From the NCBI RefSeq assembly GCF_964204645.1, contig NC_134025.1:28252299-28316298 (forward strand): DNA of 64,000 nucleotides, given 5' to 3'. Position 1 is the stretch's first letter. Every line of letters starts with the position of its first letter. The notes below the pieces were generated by a model. It did not search any database and had not been told where the DNA came from. It was given only the letters and a program-made list of their open reading frames with translations. The DNA is from Tubulanus polymorphus (Eukaryota; Animalia; Nemertea). Position numbers and translations under genes: made by a program. Below are positions 54,671 through 64,000 of the stretch, piece by piece.

Positions 54671-55669
54671 TTGATATATTGTACATATCGATACAATATA
54701 TCAGTGCAGTGTTCGAATTGTTTAAAACGCTCATCAATGTTTCAAATTCATCGGTTTTATCTATCTCATGGTTTCTTATCTCGGTGATAGTAGTCTCTTG
54801 ACCAACACTTCTTCTCTGATCTCGGAAAAAGAAACCTAATCTGAAATCTAGCCCTTGGCGAGTTAAGGGTTTCAGAAACTGGTTTGTACTACATGTACAT
54901 AATGATTTTTTATGTAGAGAAAAGGTTGTTTATCTTCTTATAATGAATGAGAAATATGTGAATGTTTAATGATTTAATACTAAGAACAGCAGGCAGGTTT
55001 ATGAACACATGTTCCGAGCAGCTGTGTCTTAATTATGTCTAAACACATCTTTCGCACTGTAACTTAATACTGATAGTGAATTTTTTTCAGACAATGCATT
55101 CATATGTCTCCAAACTCGATCCCTGTAAATTAACATCAACCATGAAGATAGAATTGCTCGATATATAAATTGATGACCTGTAATAAGAATTTTGACAAGA
55201 CAATTCACAAATGTATACCACCCCTCATGCCCATTGGTACCTTGGTCGTTGGATTTAAACAGTACGAGTAACCAAACCCCGACCCTAATGCCAAAGAAAA
55301 GACATATTCTGAAACGATTAAAAATAATATTGAGTTGCCGCTTTCTGATGATCACGTGTCTTTCATACTAAGTAGATAATATACTCATTGTCTTCACATG
55401 GTGTGTATATAACTGCAGCGGTCTCCATGTAATATTGTCTGTATTCAGCCACAAATATTCTATTTTTGTTTAAATAATGAGAAATTATTTCAATTTCTCT
55501 TGCAAATTCATTCACTATTGTAACAACAGATCGTTAAGGTAAACCACAGATATATCCACTACTGGACATAACAACCTCAATAGCCCCCTCTTCACGATAT
55601 ACAGAATATACTGTAAAAAAAACACATGTTATGTTATAATATAGTAACATTTTATGAATAATCACTTAC

Positions 55670-55783
55670 GGTACTGTCAGTCAGTGACAACTGACCCATG
55701 TCAGTCAGTGACAACGTCCTTAGCTTGAATCTTGTAGCAGAGAAAGAGGTCTGCAACCTCATCGCTTTTCATTGAATCCGCTT
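55670..55783 (-). other. Candidate alternative 3' exon of the DBHS gene (encodes KRIQ-stop)
   Basis: Acceptor TTTTCTCAG, phase-0 AAG CGG ATT CAA TGA, donor GTAAGT at 55669, then a 59-nt intron to acceptor TTTTTTTTACAG at 55611. Confidence 0.5.
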
Positions 55784-57802
55784 CTGAGAAAATCATTCAT
55801 CGTTACATCGAATAAAACAAAACAATCTGGATACCAGTGTTAAAAATGGCATTGTATTTTACGAACAGTTACATCGACTTTACAAACCACTAAAATATAT
55901 GTGTATTTTTTATAATTATCATCAACCAATAACTGATTAACACCGAGAATGTATTTCAGTTCTTTCAACAGCACAAAATTCAATACCAGCAATGCAGTAA
56001 ATACTTTAAATCTGGAGATATATATTTGTTTGTATGCGTGTATATAAAGCTGGTTAAATTGTTCACTATTAACTATGCAGTGATGTAGTATCTTAACTAG
56101 TATCACCGGTTAACAACAAACAATTTCAGAAATTATGCCTTCAAGTCCCCAGAAATATGATCAATTAATTCTCACCACAAGCGCTTACTGGGTATTCCAT
56201 TATCAATCTCCCCCTTTTTCTTGAACATGCGATACAGATATCAGATATTGTATACTTTGTTTTTGCCAATGATGTTGAAAAAAGATTTATAAAGCCAAAC
56301 GCATGACAAGGAAACAATTGCAGAAAAATCTATTCACTGATCATTATTAAGTAGAGAGCTTCGGTAAAATATTTACGAAAAAAAAATATTTCCACATTTC
56401 AATCCCTCTTGTGGTTGCAAATGCAATGTAATACATGTATAAGAACTGAGCAATATGTTTTTATCAGACAAGAACATTAGATTTTTATGAAAAGCAAGAG
56501 AAATGGCTGAAAGTAGACTATCGTTGAGTACATGCGAGAATAAATGAATTTTCTTTAACGTTTTCGTGGACCGTACGATTTTATCTGCTGTTTCCGATGT
56601 GAATTTTCGGCAGTAATCAAATGCAGTTTGCTTATCGTATATAGGTCATCATCAGATACAATGCTCGCTCACCAAAATAACCCAGTCCCAAATCAAGGAA
56701 AATAAATACCAAGTTTGAAATGATCTAAAATGGAGTGTAAAACTCGCAACATATGACCATCATTACTTCACCCATGTTAGAATCGAAGTTGCCAGATATT
56801 GAAACATCAGTTCTTCCACTGCAAAGTTATTTCTGATATTACTATATGTAAGCATTATGTACTAAGCGGATAAGCGAATGGCCTATTTCAAAGCCGATTT
56901 CGATAATATGTCATATATGTTTCAGACAATAATTTGACATTTACAACATCTATAACAATCGCTAGAATAATAATTGGTGTTAGACAATAGTCAGTAGATA
57001 GTGATACAATCCTGATTCATTTTCAAGCTGGTTGCCAGTAAACTCTATTCTATAGGCAGCCTAGCACTGACCCCCTTAATTCGAAGACGCATTCCAAACA
57101 TGTACTAAAACTTAGGACGTGCAAAATTTCAGATGTAGCAGTAAAATTTTCATTCGCACACTTTTGAATTTGAAGACTTTAAAAGACATCTTCATTGATT
57201 TTGAGTGGTAGTTCTTTAACTCCGACAATGATGAACCCTTGTTTAGTACGTACTAAAATATTGTATATTTACAGTCTGTCTTATTGTTTGGAGCTTCGTT
57301 AGAACTAGGGCTCTTATTATCGATACTGAATGACACGGTTGAAAAAATGGAAAACATTTGAATTTTAATAACGATCGACTATACGAACACCCTCCCACTG
57401 ATACTATATACAGATGAATACATTCTTATCAGAAAATGTAGAATGAAGAAAAAATGCAAAACTGTCGTCATCATTTGAGACTTATCATCGACGTTTTCTA
57501 TCCAAATGAAAAAATACCATTCAAGCAACGCTCATCAGTGTATTTTGTCCGTAACAGCTGGGCTACTTAGCACCAGCAGTGGAACGAACAGTGCTCAGTT
57601 ATACAAGTGTATTTACAGATATATTCTATTTCACGTTTATATATATATAGAAGATCATTATTTCATCCGTTGAATAAAACACTTTTAAGATAATAATGAA
57701 TGGAACGATAATGTATTAATTATCCGCAGAGTCAATAAAATCGTGATACATCTATCGAATGAGATCAGTCGCCGATATTCGCTCGATCTTATAATCAACG
57801 TT

Positions 57803-60800
57803 TCAAAATCTTCTCGGTCTCTTTGACTCAAAGTCATCTCTGGCTTCACGACGATCCATCATGTGTTCACGCATATTACCCGACATTTTAGCCATATTGC
57901 CTCCTCCCATATTAACCATGCCACTTACGAGGCGTTGGTTGTTGTAGTTGGCGGGTGGCTGGTCAAAACGTGACTGGCGCTTAAATAAGGGTAAATGCAC
58001 GTAACATAAATGTCCGAGGAGGTTGTATAGATTTATATCGTCAACACACCAGTTCACACAGCGACATATAAATGAAGGAAAAAAGAGAAACATCCATAGT
58101 TAGTAATCAGGAATGATCCTTTCAATGTTTTACACAGGTTTGGTTACCGGCAACCCTAAATGCGGTTTCATATAAGGCGGGTAAACTATACGATCGGATG
58201 AGGATAATATCTCCACCAAGCACAAATCAGTAATCCATACCATACCATATCGGCCTGTACGGGTACAAGACTAATCTACATTGGTACTACCAATATCAAC
58301 GAGGGTATTCATTGGAATACCACAATAGGCCAACCTACACAAGAGCATTATAATAAAACCAAGTCTTTATCGCTAGGAGGTCAGTATTCCGGTCAGCAAA
58401 ATCAGGCATGACTTAAGACCAGTTATAGAAAAGCGTATGATCAGGGAAGTATCCCTGGTATGATAGAGCGCTGCTTTCTCTGTAGGGCGGGTTCCCATAG
58501 AAATATACGCTCTTTGATGTTCCGTGCACCTTTCGTAAGGGTTTAGCATGAGTGAGAGTTTCAACTATTCGAAGGCCAGGTAGAAACCTTCAGGCCACTG
58601 AGCGTTTAGGTCCAAGAAATCATCCAAGTCTGATTTAAACACGTAAAAGTCTGTCAGTCAGCGGATCATCAGTAGCCTCACAATGAAAACCCAACATGGC
58701 TGATATGACTATTCAAAGGGCAAACAGCTACCTGATGTCCGCTACGCGTTTAGTCCAAATCATCCACATACGATTTTACTGCATTCAGTGTGTCTGTCAA
58801 TAGATCATGAGGAGCCTAACAATAAAACACCCAACATTATTTCCATATGATGAGTTATTGAAGCAATCATCTGGTTCGTCCATGTCCTATAGAACTCCCC
58901 CATCATGTTCTCATTTGAGAATGCTGTTTATTCATTTCCATCTTTTGCTGCCTTCTGCCTCATACTCAACATCAACAAACCAAACCTTCTTCAAACAGAT
59001 TCCAAACACGGTGCAGTGTTACCCTGAAGTCACCCCGCCTGTACGTAATAATAGCATATACTTCTATGTGAACCCAAAAACCCACAGAACCCAATTTTCA
59101 TAAGCGCATCAATTTAACACGAGTAAAAAGATGCCAACATGAGTAGCTTTTCATGAATTTTTAGCTTAAATACGAAATGCAATATTGTCTCTCTTGTGTA
59201 GATTGGCCCTATGGCGAACTCTGCACCACATGGGTAACTCCAAAACCCAGCTATATACGTCATAATGCATCATGATTAAACACGATTCATCATGATCTCG
59301 ATTCAGTAGTTAGATTCAGAGATGCCGCTCTTTACACGGATGTACTAATGAAGTCACACATTTCACCCGAAAAGTGAAAAATAATTTCAATTCCACGGGA
59401 ACATTTATCATTTTATATCTACAGTTATAGGGATGAGTAGTATGCTATAATTGTCCAGACGAGGTGCTATCATCGGATAAGAATTTACAATCATCATCTA
59501 CAGTTTTCACCTGTCTAGGACACGTAATCATCGGGAAAAACTACTCATCCCTGAATCGATAAAAAAACAGTTAAACAATCGTTTCTCTTAGCGAAAAATC
59601 GCGAATACGTGCGAAGAAAAGATCCCCGTATCATCCAACAGATTCATCCCCATACTACGTGTACCGACAAGTCAAGAGACTGAGACAACTTGAGGCTAGT
59701 CTTGAGTTTATCAGTTCATACCGTCTACACTATTACTAATGACGTAATGAGAGTAAGTGCATATAAGATGCAGTGAAGCATCAATTTCTCGAACTTGAGA
59801 CTTAACCGAAATTCAAGTCTCTGTTACTAGTTATCCTCACATCGCGCCCCAACTCACGCTACTCAACGTGAATGAATTAAGATCTCATAAGGCATAATAC
59901 TATCGGTACTTGAACGGGGAATGTCGGTATTCTAGAATTCGAGCAAAAAGGTGAAAATTTCAAAATTAAGTCATAAGTGAAAATTAGCAGGACTAATAAT
60001 CTAAGTGAATAGGAACACTACTGAGTAATGGATCTTTCTCAAAATTCAAAGGAGTTGCAATCAAAATCTAAAATATCAGAGGAGTTTTCAAGGGCTAGTT
60101 CGAGTATCAGAAAATCAACGATGAACCTCATTAAGTCATTAGCGCAACCATTCTTTAATGATTAACTAGTTCAAGGTGATGTGACAGATCATATGATCTA
60201 TCATTATCATTAGACGTATTCAGTCACAGGAATATCATATGTCAAACTGCGTTTATAATTATGATAGATTATTGTGGTAAAGTCAACATGAATGTATCCA
60301 GTACAGCCGTAGACAATTATCCGGGTGCTTTTAGCAAATTTTTACAATGGCTGAACGGCAGATCCAACCGAAGGAAAACATGCAGCAGTAAAGTTTTAAA
60401 GGTTGCAAGGACGAAAACTAGTCTATTACCAATCCACCATCATTGAGACTTATATCAATATCAACCTAGTTTTTTAAACTAATAATTATCAAAATTACGT
60501 CGCCAATAAATATATAAGATTTTATAATCCCGACCCAAAATATAGAATTTTAACATTAGGATGAAAGAAATGAGAATTTATTCACTTTTCAGAGGAAGCG
60601 AGAGCCATAGCTGCGACGCTGCGATCCCACTTGGAATCATCACGAAAATCATAGCACAGATGTATTATCGATATACCGGATACTAACAGTCAGCGATGAA
60701 TCTACGCTCAATGCGATACATGCTTCAAATCTATCGTACCCTTCATATCATCCACTCGCAGTAGTTTCTGCTACTGATTTTTCGAGGAACGACTATCAAA

Positions 60801-63391
60801 CCCCGACCCGACCACCCACATTCAAATATATGCATAAACGTACAAGCTTTTTCATCAATACAGTTACGATAGGTCGATAATTTCAACTATTTTGAAATGT
60901 TCTTTCGTTCAATGATCTATGACATTGTCTCTATGGTATAGTAGTATAGTATAGTTAGTAGCAGCTTACCTCACTAGACTCTCGACTCAATCCGAAACCG
61001 GCAGGAGGCGCCGGTGGAGGCTGCATCGGCGGAGCATTCGAATGTTCAGCTTCAGAATGATTTCCCATTTTCCATCCGTGCATATCCTACAAACAGAACA
61101 ATATTCAAACATCAAAACTGCTGGAAATAAAGGAGTTTTATAGGAGAAAGTTTCATGGAAGTGACCATATCTCGGTAAACCATTAATTCGGTGGTTTTGT
61201 AATCAATATTTACCTGAGACATTTCTCTTTCTCTCTGATTTCCACGCATGTCTCTCATACTCTCTCTTCTGTTATCCTGCTGTCTTCGATTATCCTAGAG
61301 AATATATTATTGCAATTACTTCAAAAATCCGGAAACGTTTTGAAAATGTATAGTCAATTTAGAGGAGCTTTCAAGGAATCAATGAGTAGTGTATGAATCC
61401 TGCATTGCAGGAGGATGATGAAATAAATACCGCCATTTCTTGTTTACGCATGTCCTGCCAGCCCATACTCTGCTGCATCTGTCGACGTCTGAATTGTTCT
61501 TCCTGTTGTTGTTGTCTCATCAGACGGTGTTGCCTTTGAGCTTCTTCTTCTTCGCGACGGATTCGTTCGTCTTCCTGTCGTCGCATCGTCATTTCTCTTC
61601 TCTTCATCTCTTCGGCGAGACGTTGCTCTTCGAGTCGTTGTAACTCTGATAAACATCAATCATTAACACAGTTATTGATCGCGAACGGCTGATTATGAGA
61701 TAGAAAATTGCGCCAATATATCATCAAATATCTTACCTTGACGTAGGAGATTTGCCTGTTGTTCGTGAACTGCATTCGACATTTCCATTTCTAGTTTATC
61801 CACTGCGTCTTCCATCTCTTTCTGTAAGCGTTCTTTTTCTTTCTGTTCCATCTCATATAGCTGTTTCCATCTCAAACCGAATTCGTATTCGAATGATTTC
61901 GTATTAGCGAATCTCGGCATTTGCTCGCGCTCCCTGAAAAAAAAAAACCCAATGTATCACTTGACATAATCAATAACAATACCCAAATGGGTAGAAAATG
62001 CTAACAAGTTTATTTCAATTGTAAATACAGATCATTCTTTTTAAGAAGGAAACACTTAATTATCAACCGATCAAAAACAATACATACTTGGAATATCCGG
62101 AATTTTTCTGTATATACTTTTCAGGCAACCCGTCTTCTTCATCTTTTTGTTCGAGGGGTTCGACTATTATCGGTTTCGGACTGGTTCCCAGTAGGAATAC
62201 TCCGTCGTTGATGCTGGTCATCGCTTTCTGCGCGCCGGGTTTCCGCGCGAACTCGACGATACCCTCACCGCTCGGACGCCCGCGGTCATCGACGATAACT
62301 ATAGCCCGTTCTACTTGACCGAATTTCGAAAACGCCTCCTCCAGTAATTCGTTGCTGACGAAGGGTGAAATGTGACGCACTTTCAGCGCGGCTCCGTGAG
62401 TCGCGAATCTCACTCGTAGAATTCGACTTTTACGAATCGTTCCGTCGAGTTGCATTTTCGCTTTCTCCGCGTTATGTCTCGTATCCTGGAAACAGTCGTT
62501 AAATAAGATTATCGTTTGAAATAAGGAATATTGAACTGCTTATCTTAGCTATCACAAATTTCCCCAAATGATTTTTAGTTTTTTCGTAAAACTCCCCGAC
62601 TTCTTTTAAGGAAAAGTAAATTTGCTGACTTTTCCCCGATATCCAGGTGGTCACCCTCTGATTAACTAACACTAACCCATTAAATCTATTTCTAATCCTG
62701 AAATGTTACTCAAACCCTATTCATTTTCTACAATCCATTGTTGTCTTAAAGATTGATTATTTCTAATAATTATATGTATTGCCAAAACTGATGATGATTT
62801 CAGAAAATAAATTACCAATCTGATAAATCCAAATCCTTTCTGTTTATTCAGATAAACTTCCGAGACGTCTCCAAATTCGAGAAACATCTTCTTGAAATCT
62901 TCTTCCTCTAATTCCGGCGTAAGATTGCCGACGAACAATCGACATCTTCCCGTGAATTTCTTTTCTTCTTTCGGTTTATCTTCGACTAACATACTCGTCG
63001 TTTCACCGCGATCCATTCCACCGCCGCGATTATTATTGCCGTAAAAATCTCTCGAACCTCCGCCGGCTCCGTGGTTCCGATCTGTGTCATGATGGTCACC
63101 GCCTCGCTGCTGCTGGCCACCACCACCTTTTCGGTCGTGAAAATTACCTCGATTACCTCTGTAACCTCCTCCTCGACCTCCTCTTCTAACGCCGCCTCCT
63201 CGTTCGTTGCGACCCCCTCCTTTATTTAGATCGTTATTAGCTGGAAGGTTTATCCCTGCTGCAGGAGGGTTTGCTATCAACGGTGCATCAGAATCTTTTT
63301 TGGCTGGAGACTTGTTTGTATTTTTGGTTTTATCTTCACCTGCTGCATTTTCAGGTTTCCCTATAGCCGCTGTTCCATTTCCTGATGCCAT
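57803..63391 (-). CDS. DBHS-family RNA-binding protein (NONO/SFPQ/PSPC1, nonA/hrp65-like), 7 exons
   Basis: Exons 63391-62816, 62485-62088, 61933-61737, 61645-61431, 61294-61214, 61086-60970, 57979-57803. RGG-rich N-terminus, RRM1 [16 protein letters not shown]2 [34 protein letters not shown]...SFEYEFG.RWK.L, coiled coil, and C-terminal NLS SKRPRRF. Confidence 0.95.
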
Positions 63392-64000
63392 CTTCGATTA
63401 CAAGCGCTCTAAATATTGGCGTCAAGTTTCGTAATTTAGACGAAAATGCACTCAAAAAGCGTATAGAAAATCCGTGGATATGTTTTTAGTAACAATGGAG
63501 GATCGGAGTAGCCAGTGAGAGGGCGCCACAAGACGGTCATAGATCGAAAATTGAAACTTCTTGTTTAACGAACTGAAACGTCGGTCGAAAAACCTCAACT
63601 GGGTTCGAACCCGGGACACCCATTTATCCTTTATTCAGTTTTTGGACAATACAGAGTTCCATCTCATTTTAAGATATGCGTCTTACAAGTGAAATCACAT
63701 ATTTTCATCTTTCATGCCATGTACAACCAAACAACCAAAACAACCAAAATGCCACAACGACAAAAGACACAAATGATTAATTAAGTAAATATATAATTTA
63801 TTAAACTAAATATGGTAATTTCTTTACAAAACAACAATTTCGAAAAAAAGAATATTCTTCAATCTCTGATTAACAATTCAGTATATAAATGGACGGTATA
63901 ATCTCAGCGGAACTCTGTGGTGTCATGGAATCTATTTCTTGTTGCAAGGAAGAGAACATCAAGATTTTAATGTATACATATCTATCATAAAAAGAAAACT

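Noticed and set aside
58150-58160. AACCCTAA, telomerase-template-like
   Set aside because: Only 8 nt, and no pseudoknot or CR4/5 could be identified.
63598-63620. GGGTTCGAACCCGG, tRNA T-arm-like
   Set aside because: No D arm, anticodon arm or acceptor stem; probably a SINE fragment.

Overview
AT-rich, intron-containing animal genomic DNA, probably from a compact-genome spiralian/lophotrochozoan invertebrate; the species cannot be fixed from sequence alone. Eight spliced genes were assembled by hand: a GRL101-like LGR with extra C-type-lectin domains (-), a relaxin-receptor-like LGR (+), BRMS1 (-), ARL2 (-), a protein combining a TAZ-like zinc finger with a pseudokinase (+), a LicD/fukutin-family membrane protein (-), OLA1 (-) and a NONO/SFPQ (DBHS) gene (-). 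Non-coding features are a 2.75-kb TIR-bounded tandem-repeat element filling a divergent promoter, three MITEs and a GATA/GATG microsatellite. The most notable observations are the TAZ-pseudokinase, U12-type introns in two neighbouring genes (one AT-AC), a GC-AG intron in OLA1, and a hairpin-dense last intron plus a candidate NMD-type alternative exon in the DBHS gene. Exon boundaries come from reading splice sites and frames by eye; no searches or folding programs were run.
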